Assembly (NCBI GenBank): GCA_965235115.1
Contig: OZ249436.1
Coordinates: 13,020,001-13,084,000, forward strand
Origin: Laetmonice hystrix
Lineage: Eukaryota
Length of the DNA: 64,000 nucleotides
Reading direction: 5' to 3'
Below, one piece after another: positions 24,601-39,600 of the stretch. The position numbers and the translations under genes were made by a program. Positions within the stretch are counted from its first letter, which is position 1, and every line of letters starts with the position of its first letter. The notes under the pieces were generated by a model. The model had not been told where the DNA came from and searched no databases. It worked only from the letters and a program-made list of their open reading frames with translations.

Positions 24601-27600
24601 TAGACTTAGAATTTTAGACTGAACAACTGTACCGCGGCTCCTACTTATAGCCTGACTGATTATGCCCAACGAAGAACAATGCCGATGTGCCACTCTGTGC
24701 AATAACAACTGATAAACGAAGTCTACAATCAATTTACAATACAATCAGTATAATAAATGAGACTCACAACAGACGGTGAAATTAAAACACACCAAACTGT
24801 TAAAAGTTAAGACCACTCCTATATTCGGTGCTTTGACTTTCTGGGTTTTACTGAATGAAAACCGATTGAGTCCAACACCTCGTATTGTAGAGACCCGACT
24901 ACTCCATCTGGCAGTTATCCCACAACAGTACAGTATGTCCCCCCAAAAATGATAGTCTGTGTTCCATTGTCAACAAGAGATACTGGTCGTGATCAGTAAT
25001 GCGTGACCCTGTCACCACCAAACTTGCTGAGAGTTATCTAGGGGGGGGGGTCACACTTTATGTTCAACTTCAACTTCAAAATTCGACAATCCTCTAAAAT
25101 ATCTAAGTGTATTGCACACTATCATTTTTTGGGGGACATACTGTATAGTCTTCGGTCCGTTTACGAACTGCCCATGACTGTTTGAGCTACAACTCAGTCG
25201 GCAAATTAATCAGCCTTAGGTGTGCAGCCATCTCTGGAGACACAATGCAATGATTGAATGAGTATATGATTAAATATATAAAACTTTGCGGTCGACAAGG
25301 GGGTTGGCTGTTTGGAAGAAATAGTCTCTGCTTTCTCTTGGTTTTGAGAGAGGATGATGGTTACTGCACGTTTTAGGATTTACCTTACCGAACATTTACA
25401 ATTAATTATAGTACGTAAAGGCCGTCGGCAAGCCGATAAATACCAGACCTCCGCATCCCCAATTACTCCATTTCCTTCAGACCCGTCCATAATTTCACGG
25501 TTTCAGATTCTATGTTAGGTTTCCTTGAGGTATATCAATGAGATGCGATTTCTGATCCCAAAGTACATGCATCCTTCCTATATTCATCCACAATTACTCT
25601 CATTATACAGTTAAGATGGAGGTCTTCCGGGGCCCACAATGCCCTTCCTGTGCAACCAATTTCTGAAAGCTTTCAGCAAAGCTTCCTGGAAAGCCTGCAC
25701 GTCCAATGTTCTCGTGAAAAAAGGAAATTCTGGGCTAACGGAGAAAATTGTCAACTGCGACAAGAAGGGCAGGTAGCAGCATAAGGTGTCCTGTGAGAGT
25801 TGTCTTAACGAAGTCTGTCATGTCTGCCATGGGTGTGCAACCCGGAGCCTCCTGTCCACACGCCACAATGTCAGGTTTCACCTAATGAAGAAGTCTGATG
25901 AACACTCGTGCCACCGACATACATCACTCGTACACGCCTGTCAATTACGGCAGCAACTCTGGGCCCTATTAATACTGGAGCACAGGACGAAATTGTCCTC
26001 AGACATATGCATCACTGCTCCAGCCCGGGCCTGTCATCTGCTCTCAGAGGCAGGGCAAGACAGGGCATGGCCTGACAGGGGACACAGACACCACCCTCCC
26101 TGTCACTCACACCGAATAATTTGTCATGTACGGCTGATCACATGAACATGTCATGCTAATGTTCTCCTCATGCCATGTTATGCCTGATTTAATCTTAGAG
26201 CGATTCATTTCCACAGAGCATCGCTACGGAGGCCTACACAAATTAGGGAGATTTCTACTATGAACTGTCAGAAATGTAAATGAATTTCTGTTTTGTTTTT
26301 GTCACTGTTTCTATTTTCGATAGTAAGAAATTACTTGGATGTGGCTCTATGATGGTATTTTATCTTGATCTATTTTTAAAAAGATAAAATTAATAGAAGA
26401 AAAGTCTATCTCAGTGCAGATGTATGTTGTTTGTGTATATGCTGCGCCCTAATTATCGACCGAGGCTCAATACCACCAGTTTGGGCTCGGACAGGCATTG
26501 TGTTTAGATAATATGGGAAGCAATCTTGGTGGCATGAGCGCTACCGACCTTCAGGCCCAACTATCATTGTCCCACAACTGCTGCAGGTCAGCCGTGCAAA
26601 ACAAGCACTATTAATGGCGCCTGAGGGGCGCTCTATTCTGCCTTTAATAACGAGTGTATAGGAGTAGGCCTACTCGATACGACGTGCATAGATCGGTAAA
26701 AAGGGGAATTGTACGCTTCATTAAGATCAAACGATATACATGTATATTTGAATTAAAGATATCTAAAGATATCTTTGTCATCAGGAAATACCGGATTATT
26801 TAAAATACGGCTCAACCTCATGCAGCTAACCTCACGAATGTGGATATTTTTAACGTAGAACTCCGCAGGAATAAACTACTGAATTATAAACGGATAGCGT
26901 CACACGTAATGTCCACTTTTATTTAATGATAGCTCACTAAATGATTCAGAAGCCGTGGAATGCCCCCGTTGACATGAGCGGCATGTGGTACGGCCGAAAC
27001 ACGGTCTGTGCCACGAGTACTATCCCAACAGGAGGAGAAACCTTCAGGACCAGTGCAATGTTTACCCTGCTGAGAGCTAGATGGCATTTACTGAGCATTA
27101 CACCGGCACTATAATTGATTTGGTGCTGGAGATGGGATAGGGCGGAGTGGGGGCTGGGGTGTGCAGCTGGCGTCAACAGGTGCACGAGACGACTCGGGGA
27201 TGGCAAATGTCATATAATAATGGTTTGTGATTGTATGGCTGGACGGCGTGGCCGGCACCAGCCGCCGGACCCCGGAGACATGGGCAGAGGGCAATGGCTC
27301 AGGCGGGCACCAGTAGGGCAGTTTTACGGCATATCACATCGACTGACCTCAGGCTTTCACAGGTTCCCCCCGTCCAACCTCTTTCGTCGGTTGGATCCCC
27401 CGGGTGCCTGTAAATGGGAAGCCTACTCCATTATAAACCACCACAGAAAGGAGTAAGACCTTGGAGAGGACGAATAATCAGGTATAAAAGGAATGATGAT
27501 GAGTCCGCGGGGTACATGAAGCTGCAGGCATGGATACATGCATGTGGCTACCAACACCAACACTGCAGGATCTTTGGCCTTAACAGTTATCCATACACAA

Positions 27601-30600
27601 GCCCTATATATCAAGAGGCCCCAGTGCTCCATGCATTGGTCGTGATCGGAATTAGTTATGAGAATTAGTGCACATACATGTACATGGTTGATGAGCTACC
27701 ATGCTCAGCGTACAGTATTACATGGTGGTACGTTTGGTAGCAGTGTAGCGACGAACCAACACTTGAAACGCCATCCATCACGTACAGACAATTTTACTCT
27801 ACTTGAGCACTGGGCTATTATGACTTTATACCGCCATGTTTTCTCACCCAATTAAGTGTGTGAGATATCTAACACCCAACACGAAATACCACCACAATCT
27901 ATTTTGTTGATCGTGGTTGGCCTAATTATCGGGACCTTTCGTCGCGTTAACTGTGGTTGGGTTGGCCGACCAGTGCCCGTCCTCAGAATGATGGCTGAGA
28001 TACCCGTCACACTAACCCGTCTGATGGCTGAGATACCCGTCACACTAACCCGTCTGATGGCTGAGATACCCGTCACACTAACCCGATCTCAATGCCTCCA
28101 ACCCTCTCCCATCTCCTCATATCCTGGATTCGGTGCAATGACAGAAGTCCTTTACTCGATTTCCATATTCTGAGCACATTGATTGATCGGGTTGGGTTAT
28201 CAGTGTATCTGAGTTGGCTGGCTGGCCGGGGGGGGGGGGGTGCGACTGACGCTGATGCCGCTATCAGTTGACTTTCCGTGCCACTCAGTGAGACTTACTC
28301 CTCTGTGGTCGGGAATCATACCGCGACCCCTGGTGGCAGCGTCCGTATCGGTCTCCTCACACCATCAGCTCGTATTCGGTTGGTCACATCCATTCCTTCC
28401 CTCTGTGTGGACGTGTCCCAAGTTGGCAGTCTCCTACCAGTCTAACCATGTCCTCGTATAACTCAGTATGTATCATCGAGCACCAATTATCAGGTGACAT
28501 GTATAATCAGTAATAACGATTCATTCAATATTGTCATATTAAGGAAGGTCTCATAGGAGGAGCTGGCCTATTAACTTAAACCATCCATGACGAACCCCGA
28601 AATTAAATTACAGACCTTATCACAATTATTACAGGCGTAATGAAAATAGAAAAAACCCACAAACCTACAATTTCCGGTCTCCTGATCTATCAATAACAAC
28701 CTATCAACAATCTATGGAGAGCAACCAACAGAAAAGAACAGAAAAAAGTTTGAAAGAAGACTAGTCTAAAAACACAAATTCTTCAGCCCCCTGCTGAATC
28801 AGTCAACGTCAGTGTATTTATGTTTTCTTCAGAGTTGATACAATAACCCTGAAGTGTGGCCATCATCCAAAGGATGCGCCAAGAGGGTCTGCCATTATAG
28901 GCCGCAATCGGATACAATTATCCAGCCGAGTAATGACAAGACCTCCTTGGAAACTGCCAGGGAGATTTCTTATTGTGTTCACATGCCTCCCAGGAAGTAA
29001 GAACCCATCTGTAGCAGGACGATGGAATGACATCCGATATTGGAAATGAAACAATGCCACCTCTGCTGACTAGCTCTATCCATCGCCGTCCGTGCGCGAC
29101 ATGGGAAGGGCTGGGGTGGGGCCATGCCGTGCGCCACCGGCCAGCAGTACGTCAGGCAACTGGCCGGGGTCCGCAGCCAGCCAACAATACGTTAGCCAAC
29201 TTACCGGCGGTGTAATCGAATCAGGCCAGTCACTAGTCCGGCTCTGTCTCAGCAATCATGACCACCAATACTTCCCAATTGTCACGTGATGGAGGTCCAC
29301 GGGCCCCGACTGTCCGAGGATCATGTAGACCCGAGGAGACATGCAACCTAGCTCACCCCTACATTCTCTTGTGATTACTCATGGACAACCGCACTCAAAA
29401 CGAAACCCGGTGTTGTTTTGTCTAGTTGCAAGAATTTCTACCACCACACGATCAGAGTCTGTAGGCCTACCCCCCCCCCCCCACACACACACCTCCGAAA
29501 GTTGAACGCACCCTCAATCATTTAGTGTTCATGAGCACATTTCCGATATGCCAGATTCTGAGAAAATCTTCACGAGTGATAATGACAAAAACAGAATACC
29601 CAACACGCAAAACCGTCACGACCAGCCTTCACATCGATTTCTAAAACTCACCTCAAAGAACATCGATAATTCTGGGATGCAAACACGAATCGTTTATATA
29701 GCTCATCATCCAGATCAAAACCAGGCTAATAGCAACATCAAAAAGGTTGGTTCAAACTGCAGCCAAGAACTTCCCAAAGTAACGTTCAGTCAGGTGCAAC
29801 AGCTCGACCACCAACCTTTCCCAAGGCTTCGCTGCCATCGCTGGCCTGTCATCAAACGAGTCCGTTTCTTGTTAGAGTGAAAATCGCATTCGGGGTTCCC
29901 CGGATTCGATCTTGGGTGCTATGCATGGATCGTCTTGGTTCCGATGGGGTTGTTTTTGTGCCAAGAACAGTGTAGGGATTGAATTCAATGCTGCTGACTC
30001 AGCACCAACTCTAATATCACAAAACGGCTGACATGGCATCGACTCCTTTGGAAAGAATTGTCACGCATTTATTCCATCCAGAACAAGGACAGTCGGGACG
30101 CCCTCTCGATTTGTGGAATAGATGATGTGCATCTACGGCTTCCCTCTTTTTAAAGGTCACCTATCAAAATACACGAGAAATCCTATACACTATATGGGTT
30201 CTTCCATGTCAGCCACTGGTAGGCATTTCTGTACAACATGTGGGTGTGGGGGGGGGGGTGCTCATACCCTGAAATGGTTCAGTAAAAACACATACCAGAT
30301 CATATATGTTCAGTTGTACCCACAGAAAAACAAAAGTGCCCAATATACTTCAGAGCACGGTGACCCGAGTTGGTATATAAACCAGAAGCCAAAATATCTA
30401 ATAACCCCTAAAAGATATACATATGTACATTGATTGAAGCAGTAATATACGTATTATAATCAATACGAATGGATACGCATCTATACCAATACAGGAGACC
30501 GAATCTCCTACCGTTTCAGTGTAATCCCATTCATACCTGTCCTCCGGCCGCCATTGATACGGCCTACAGCACCCAATACGGCCTACACCACCAAATACGG

Positions 30601-33600
30601 CTACACCACCCGATACGGCTTAACCATCCAATACGGCCTATCATTCACCCACTACGGCCTACACCACCCAATACGGCTACACCACCCAATACGGCCTAGA
30701 CCACCCAATACGGCCTACACCACCCAATACGGCCTACACCACCAAATACGGCTACACCACCCGATACGGCTTAACCATCCAATACGGCCTACACCACCCA
30801 ATACGGCCTACACCACCCAATACGGCCTACACCACCCAATACGGCTACATCACCCAATAGGCCTACACCACCCAATACGGCTACACCACCCAATACGGCC
30901 TACACCACCCAATACGGCCTACACCACCCAACACGGCCTACACCAGCCAACACGGCCTACAGCACCCAATACGGCCTACACCACCAAATACGGCTACACC
31001 ACCCAATACGGCCTACACCACCCAATACGGCTACATCACCCAATACGGCCTACACCACCCAATACGGCCTACACCATCCAATACGGCCTACACCACCCAA
31101 TACGGCCTACAGCACCCAATACGGCTACATCACCCAATAGGCCTACACCACCCAATACGGCCTACACCACCCAATACGGCTACATCACCCAATACGGCCT
31201 ACACCACCCAATACGGCCTACACCACCCAACACGGCCTACAACACCCAACACGGCCTACACCACCCAATACGGCCTACACCACCCAATACGGCCTACACC
31301 ACCCAACACGGCCTACAGCACCCAATAGGCTACACCACCCAATACGCCTCCGATCATGGTTCCTACAGTGTCATGATATAATGTGTGTCATCACTCATGA
31401 ATATAGACAGGTGTCCCCTAGAAGTCATTTATAGATCTACTAATGGTCCTGACCACTGCCCAACGATATATGTGAATCAAAGAAAGAACAAAAATAACGA
31501 GGTAATACCCTGGCCATTGCTGACTTCACCTAAGACTTTAAGATAACGTATGCTTAATCAAGGCCCTCGTACCTCGTCAAAGAACGCCTCTTTAACGAAC
31601 GCATTCTGTTTTGAGATTGGAAAGATGAACATGTGCCAGAGGGGGAAAAGAAGAGTGATTCTAATGAAGCATTCTGGATGCAGTCCAAAGCTTTATCCAC
31701 ATTGAACCATTATCGATAAAAGAAAAGATGTGAACCTCAGTTTTTCAGTACTCGGAATAGGTACAATGAGCAAATTACATAATCTACATACAATTACATG
31801 TAAATGAACAGAGTATCCTTTGATGTATAGGTCCTCTTAAAGATGCCAAGATAGACGAGATGATTGTGATTATAGGCACAAAAACTACTCCCCCTTTGTC
31901 TTAATTTGCAGCAAGTCAGGAGGCTATTTTGCTGAAGTAATGATGGACTAACTATATCCGCACTTGGTTACTTGTTCGGTTGTTCGGAACCTTAATAAAA
32001 TCTCTAAAAGAGGATGTGGATTCCTAACCTTCAAAAGGAAAACCATGTATCTGTATGGCCGCCATGTACAAGTGGTAACCTATGCAAAAACAGACGTTCT
32101 GCAAGGTACAAGGTTTGACGTAACTGGTTACTGCCATCAATTTGGAGAATAGTTATAAAATTCAGTCACCTTGCAGATAGGCATCATAGGGGCATAGTGC
32201 ATTTCTACAAAATCTCGAGTAATGCCAGAATATGGGCCTAACAGTCCTTCAGAATGACGTCAGAACGGCCAGTCTGCTGCCGTACTCCCTGTGGAGAGCT
32301 CCTCCTCCTTGTCCCCCCCCCCCCCCCCATTTTTTGAGTTACACAGGAAGGCTGGGAGCCCTGGGCTCTCCAAGTCACGACGGGGCGTTATGCGGGGCCA
32401 TAAACGGCTTCCAGACCTGACAAGGCTAAGGCATGTTTGATCACGGCCGGTTGTGTTCCAAGAACTCTAGAGAAAGTTTGTTTATGGCCGGTGGAGGCCA
32501 GAGATTGGATTTGGAAGGGGATCCTAACAGCACCGAAACTGATCTAGACTGCACCTATCAGGAAATACCGCCACTACCATGGAAATGCAATTAGTATCGC
32601 CAGTACATTTGAATTAATATGTGACATTTTATACTCTATCTCTTCTATGTAGAATAAAGACAAAGGATGTGGGTTTTCCGGCCTCCGACATAATTCTAAG
32701 TTGAGTTGATCAGGTAAAAGGTGGCCAGCCCCTCGCTGATGGGAACCACTTAATTGACAGAAATATCCTTCCGTTGTCAGCACAAGTCCATAGACAACGC
32801 TCAATGGTCCACAACCACGCGCTCACAGCATGTTCACCGTGCCTTCAGTAATTGATATTCTGTCGACAGGCAGCCATAACAAAACCTCCCAAATCAGCAG
32901 ACTCTATGTAATCGGAGTAAATCACTGGCCGTCTGAAGAAGACTTTTCATTCGAATACTAGTCACACGCTGGCAATTAACTACGAAATGGGTTTCTGAAA
33001 CGAAACAATATTACGAACACCTGAGTAGCAGACGAACTCGCCATTCATTGCCTATTGTCCCAATGAGATGCGCTTACTATATGCATGATGTGCAGGGTCA
33101 TTTAACTAACGGTGAAGCGAGAATTCCCTACGAAACCATTAAGTGTCACGGGAAATAATCTTTCAGATAATATGATGAGCGCATTGTGAAATTCATTCTT
33201 AAGACAGAATACATCGAACATATTATGTGCAATTGACTGTCCGCCTGAATATCACGTAAATTAACTCTGATTCCCTTCGCTATGGCTTATAATATAATAC
33301 CTTTGTTGTCATTTTTCGTACTTCCGATCATACCGGAACGTCCACACTGGATAGCTTCATTCAGCTGTAACTCTCAACATTTTAATTTTAGCTTTTCACC
33401 TCGACAATCCGCCCTACAGGAAATGGAACATTTTTTTCCTCAATTTTACTGCCATAGTAACCGCTGATATTTAACGTGTATGTTACCACGAAAGGCCCCT
33501 CCTTCCAAAAACTTGTTGACAAAGTCGGCAAATTGCTGCGTGGTGATTTCGCCACCGATTTCGCCAACTGTATTTGTACTGTATGCCCAATGTTGCTCGA

Positions 33601-36600
33601 AGGAAAGTGGTTTGGGCGAACAAACGACACTTTTAACATGGCCCCATCAAGTTGCGAGAGTGGGACCGCCAAGGGAGCATGAGAATGAGGTGGTTAGGAG
33701 CAGAATCTATGGTTCACCTCTGACGGGAAAAGTGTCGTTCAGGAACTGTCTCCCATTAAAAGACAACTTCAAAAGTTGCTGCTTGCAGCTGTTCCGTTGG
33801 GTAAATCACTCGTTCTGTGTGGTGTTGTAGAGAACTTTACCCTTTACTTTACTAGCAGGAGAGACTTGTCGCCACCATGGACGGTCTACCCAACGTAACG
33901 TTATAGTCGCATACATTACGGACCTTCTCCTATCCGTCATTCCAACCATGACTATCGATTGTACCCGTCTTTGATTGGCTGAACTAGAAACCTCTTTCTC
34001 TCCCATAGATCTATTACAGACTCTGTAGTACAGGTTAGGCACCGGTTGTTCGACCTAGTATGTAATCAGTCTGATGATTTTGATAAATTATAATTATATG
34101 TTATTGTATAAATGTGCGTATGGTTAGAATTAAACATACATTATCTGTTCCTGTTTTTATCTTATTATCTCAAGTACTAACAGAAAAATTTACATGAACG
34201 AAACAATACAAACTCTTCAGACAATCTGTATTTTATCAACAGAAAATGTTATTTAACATTTCATCCGTCTAGCATCCCATCTCCTTCCACTACTGCATTC
34301 TGATTACTTATGAATCCACAGTCACCGTACGTGTCAACGTCACGTGTCAACACTGCGTGACGACGAGAAATTTCCGGCTGAGGTCACAGGTACGACAACC
34401 AGCCATATGCTGTGAATAATTCAGAAAGCGTTGTAAAACAGAATTAGCATCATCAATGATTCCGCCTTTGTTTTGTGCACGGACACAAACTAAATCAAGA
34501 AGACCATGCACATTTGTTTACTTTTCTTTTCCGTCTACGACAAAATGAGGACATCATAATTTGTCATGATGAGTATTGGTAATTAATAATCCGTGCAAAA
34601 TCCATGTTGACATAAGCATTTTTTCAGCGGCACCCATGTCTTTCCATCAGCTACCAAGGAAGTATGCTTGGGAAATATTCTCCATACTAAAGGCAAGTCC
34701 AGAATATAAGAGTAAATTACCATGTCAGTCGTGACGATAGTGGTTAAGAAAAATTAAAATTAAAGAGAAGAGAAGGAGACTGGGAGAACGGTGACTTGCT
34801 TCATCTCTGAGATAAAAGATTTCTATAATACACCCCACACCAACGCTGCCAGCCTTGCCACGAATAAGATCACTGGCAACATAATGTAAACAGATGGTCA
34901 TAAGGCCAATTGCCTGGCCCTAAATACATAAAGTACTAACGATTCTCCTTGGATCACTAAAGATATGCCAACCAGCTGAGAAGAACATGTAGAATGTGAG
35001 ATAAATGCATGCAGCTGCTCGATCAAGGCTGTTAAATTAGTTTACAGGAAATGTAATGTGATTTAGGGGCTCGCCTGTAACACCTGGTTCCATGCGACGT
35101 TACCAAGTACTTGTGGTCGATATGCTTCCCCAGCTTTAGCTAGCGAAGGGCCTTTGGTGTTGAGATGATTTTACGAGAAATGCGGAAAGGAGCCTTAACA
35201 TGAGACCAAACCTTCATTTGAGGCACTGCCACCTTTCATCAATATCACACCTAAATACAGTTCCTGCACATGGCTTCCTCATGACGAGCCACAGACACAA
35301 CGATACAGTCAAGGCAGGACTCGCGGGCCTGCATGAAGCAGTCAAGGCAATTTTATAGATTACTGTAATCTGAATACATGTAGGGCTCGCAGCGCCTCGT
35401 AAAATTTCCTTTTACAACCTAACACCTCGAGATGCGATTATCCTGATGCCAGAGAGGCTGCAACTCTATGGGCCAAACCCGTGACACTGCTCCGTCGTCG
35501 AGCCAATCTAACTTCATGATTTGCTAAGAATCGTCAGTCTGACTGCTGTTGGAGTCAAGAGCTTGCCACCAAGGCAGCACACACCTGGGCTGCGCGACAA
35601 ATGGACGAATAAATAAATAAGTATGCTAGGTGCAAGGGTGGACGTCAGGTTGGCCAGTCAATAGGGAGACTGCCGACTGAGCAGCCACTCTTTTAGACAT
35701 ATTGCCAGGCATGTAATTGGGCAAACACACAGTAGCTCACTACTGTGCCCTACGTGAATAATTAACGACCATGTCACAACTACCGACATTCTTCGATCAC
35801 TCCATAAACTACACTCACATTATGTTGGCCTTCAATACAACTTTACGTCAGGTCAATCTATCGGAACTTATATTTGCGAAATTACGAACGCCAGACTTAA
35901 ATAGACGACGCCTTAGACGGTTTGGCGCGTAATTCTTGGAACCACAGCATTTGAATAGAAACGTCATTCCGGCCTCATGCCTAAATGATAGCCATATCTA
36001 ACGTTTGCCAAGTCTATTGTTGCAAGATACAAAAGAACAAGAAAGTACTAGAATCTCGAATATCAAGTGAGCAATAAGCTTACACACACCAGACCATTCT
36101 ATTTCAACCATAAATGCTGAATCTGTGAAATATCGCGTTACCAACTGTATCCTCTCAACTGCTGACCTTTTGCTATCGTACAATTTCCATTAGTAGCATG
36201 ACTGAAGGAAATGCCCACTTTCCACCCCAAGTTTCCAGGTAAATTACACGAACCATTTGAGAGCCAAAATGCAATTCATTGTTACCGATCGAAAACAGGC
36301 AGATAGTTACGCCTGCAAAAATCTATCAATACCAAACGCAAGTGTCATATCATTACAGCTGACAGAAATAGCAAGAAACCAAAACGGAATGAAACAGTGA
36401 GATGGCTCTATAGCACACTACAAACTGTAACTGTTATTCTAATGTATAGCACGTATATCATTGGTATGATATTTTTATATCCATGAGTTATGGGTTTGCC
36501 AGAGGCCATATAAAATATTTCTCCACGTTATATTCATGTATCGCTATCTGAGCCTCTGTGAGGATTGGCGAATCGTGACGGTCTCATCACCGGAAGGGCA

Positions 36601-39600
36601 GGGTGAACGTTCAGGGAGGAAGGGCGGATGTGTCTGTACTGTCGGCAACCGTAGACCACATCCAGGATGAGGAGAATCCACACTGTAAAAACACCACTAT
36701 ACACGCCCGTCCTTTGGTAACATAGTCGTGGCAGAGGGGGGGGGGGGGGGTCAAACCGACGAGGAGAGGCAATAGTCCAAACTGGCTCTTGCCAAGACCT
36801 CCTATACCCCCTTGGCCATCTATTCCGGCGGCTGAGGGTGGACGCTGGAGGTAGGCTACATAACATAATACAACCTCTCCCGTTTAAAGAATACAACCTT
36901 TTTGTGGTTTCTACCCTCAGGTCTAGGGGACCAATACCATCCCAGGCCAGTAACAAAGTAGGATACAATGTTTGTTCGGGAGTTACCCTGAGTCAGCGGT
37001 TTGGAGGTTAACAATCTAACATGATCTCAGTCGAGATGTATAGGAGATCAAAACACAACACCCAGTGGTCAACACAATGGTCGCTTCATTTTTATCTCCT
37101 TTATCTCCTTCATCGATCACGTATATCTCAGGTTACGCCTCTATAAAAGTCGGCTCAATGGACCATGGTCACCCCATACCACTCGTTAAGATTCCGAAAC
37201 CATTTTGTCCCTTTCAGTCGTGTGGGGAAGTTACTACCGAAGTACTGAAACCCGCCAGTAGCTGACTTCAGGTGATGCCGTACGCGAGGGGTCCAATCAC
37301 AAGACAAGGTTAGGGAGCCCATGTTTCCACCGTAACATGAAACACGTCATCTCTGGTCAGGTTTCCTGATTCCATTATTCATTGGACAGAACAGGCTAAT
37401 GAAGCATTACATGACTGGCAGCGAAACTGTATCCTAATTTTCACTTTCAGCTCCCTGAACAAAGCCCCTTGCCGCCTTGTTAGACGTGAATGGCCGCGAT
37501 GGGATGAGTTAGAGGGCCTAAATCAGGCCGACAGCAGCGCGCCCTACTGGCTGTGAATGTCCGCTGTACTCTGCAGCCATTCCATGGCAGAAATTAGGAC
37601 CACGACAAACTTGGCAGTCAGGCAGATCTGAAATGCGTCAAGGACTACTAGCTTGGAGACAATATAATACTAACCGGCATCATTCGCCAATGATATCGAT
37701 CTACGGCTGACCCAACGGTCAATGTTTACAAAGGTCGAAAGTCTGGCATTCATTAGAAAGACTAAAGACTTTCAACCCGCAACTATGGTGTGATTCAACA
37801 ATCATTGTACCAATGTGGTTAGTTCGGCAAAGAGAATAGCAGGGGGCATTAATTATGTAAGGTTGTTCGTGCCTTACTCACTTCTACAAACCTACCCATG
37901 CCATTAGTATTTCCCCCTGGAAGGAGGAACTGTGCAAATGATGAAATTAAATATAAAACAAATCTTAATCTGGCTGGGAACAGACCTCTGCGAATGCTGT
38001 CTCTCTATAACCTGACCTGCCTGGGGAAGGGGGGGGGGTTATTGCCCTATGATAACTTCCCCACAAAATGTTTGGGCAGGGGTTCGGGTTAAGGTTAGGG
38101 ATAGGAGAAGGGATAGGATAGGGATATGTTTTTGGGAAGTGTAGGGACCGGGGTTAGCTATGGGGGTACGGTTAGGGATAAGGTCAGGGCTATGGATCTT
38201 TACTTTCGACCAAATTTTTTGGGTTTTAATTTATCACGGGCGATGTACTGGGGTGTGATAACAATCTAAAATTTCTCCTATTAAGGGCGGTGCAAATTGA
38301 GCCTCCAATCTCTCACAAGTCTCTCAATTTCTGTACTGATCATCTAAAAGTATTATCCAATTCCCCAACAGGGGGAATGGGATTTTGAAATTATGCGGTT
38401 TCGTCTTCCCTATTATCGGCGTAGTGGTAGTAGTAGTAGTCATTAGACCATGGTGATATCTCGCTTATTTTTCAACATATCTCAATGAAACTTGGTTGGC
38501 ATATTGGTACTGGTAGACCCTGATCTACATGTGACGCATGACGTTATATGACGTAACGTCATTATGCTATGACGTCTTAAGTTTTTTCAATTCTAGACCT
38601 AACATCGGGGATACTGTCACATCTGCAGTAGTATATGGTAATAGAGGTTAAAAGCAGGTTCTGCAATTTTGACATTTCAGATAGCTTTATCTTGAAAACG
38701 GCGAAAGATTAGCCTATAGTTAGGCCTACTATAAACTACGACTAGGAACTCGTCTGTGGGATTTTCTTGGGTACTATTGCCGTTGACCTGGTGTGAACCT
38801 GAAAGGTCAAATGAGGTCATCCATGCATTTAACATATTTTCAACAGGTTGTATCTTGAAAACCGTGCAAGATAGGCCTATGGTTTTTATTAAACATGAAT
38901 AGGAAGTCATACATAATCTTTCATTTGCCGTCATTTTCACTGACCTTCAATGGCGTTTCCAGGTCCAATCAGGTCATGCTTAGCTTTAACACATTTACAA
39001 CAGGCATTTTCTTAAAAACGGTGTCAGATAGGCCTACAGTTACTATTAAAGTCATATCTTTTATTTGGCAACACCTTCCCTCTAATTTCTCATTGTCATT
39101 GTACCATGGCCTGTGCAGGGTGTTTCACGTAGGAATTAAAAGATTTCCACTGGTAAATTCACAACCCTCACGTAGTAGACTATTTTCCCTGACAGTCTCT
39201 GTCGTTCATCAGATCACGTCATAAGGTCAGCTGCCTGGTGTACACCCAAGGCGGTTGTGTTTCATCTAGCTAATGCAACCTTCCTGCTCCTACTCGGCTC
39301 ATGCCGATCGCTAATCAGTCTCAATGCTACGGTACCGGAGCTCAGGTGAGCAAACAGTTCTTAATGCCTTTACTGTGTTTCTATCCCTCGATAAGAGCAG
39401 TGTGTTTTGCCAGCCACGACCATATTGCAGACTCGTGCTTTTAATGCCAATCAGTTTTTGATTGTAAATTACACGCACACATCTTGACGACTGCTCGCTG
39501 TCTGTGTCGGTGTCACACATCAACTGTAGGCTGCAGCAGGTCCCGGGTCTGTTTTACTCGTCTTTGAGGGATTTCTGGGTGCACAGGATGCTGTTCAGAC

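Noticed and set aside
29548-30120. Fragments resembling Crypton tyrosine recombinase (WHKNNPIGTKTI) or gypsy integrase (KPWERLVVELL) on the minus strand
   Set aside because: Single short motifs in different stop-ridden frames. Cannot be assigned without a profile search.
30554-31381. 275-aa ORF (longest in the track)
   Set aside because: Entirely the 17-19 bp minisatellite. The frame drifts between unit variants.
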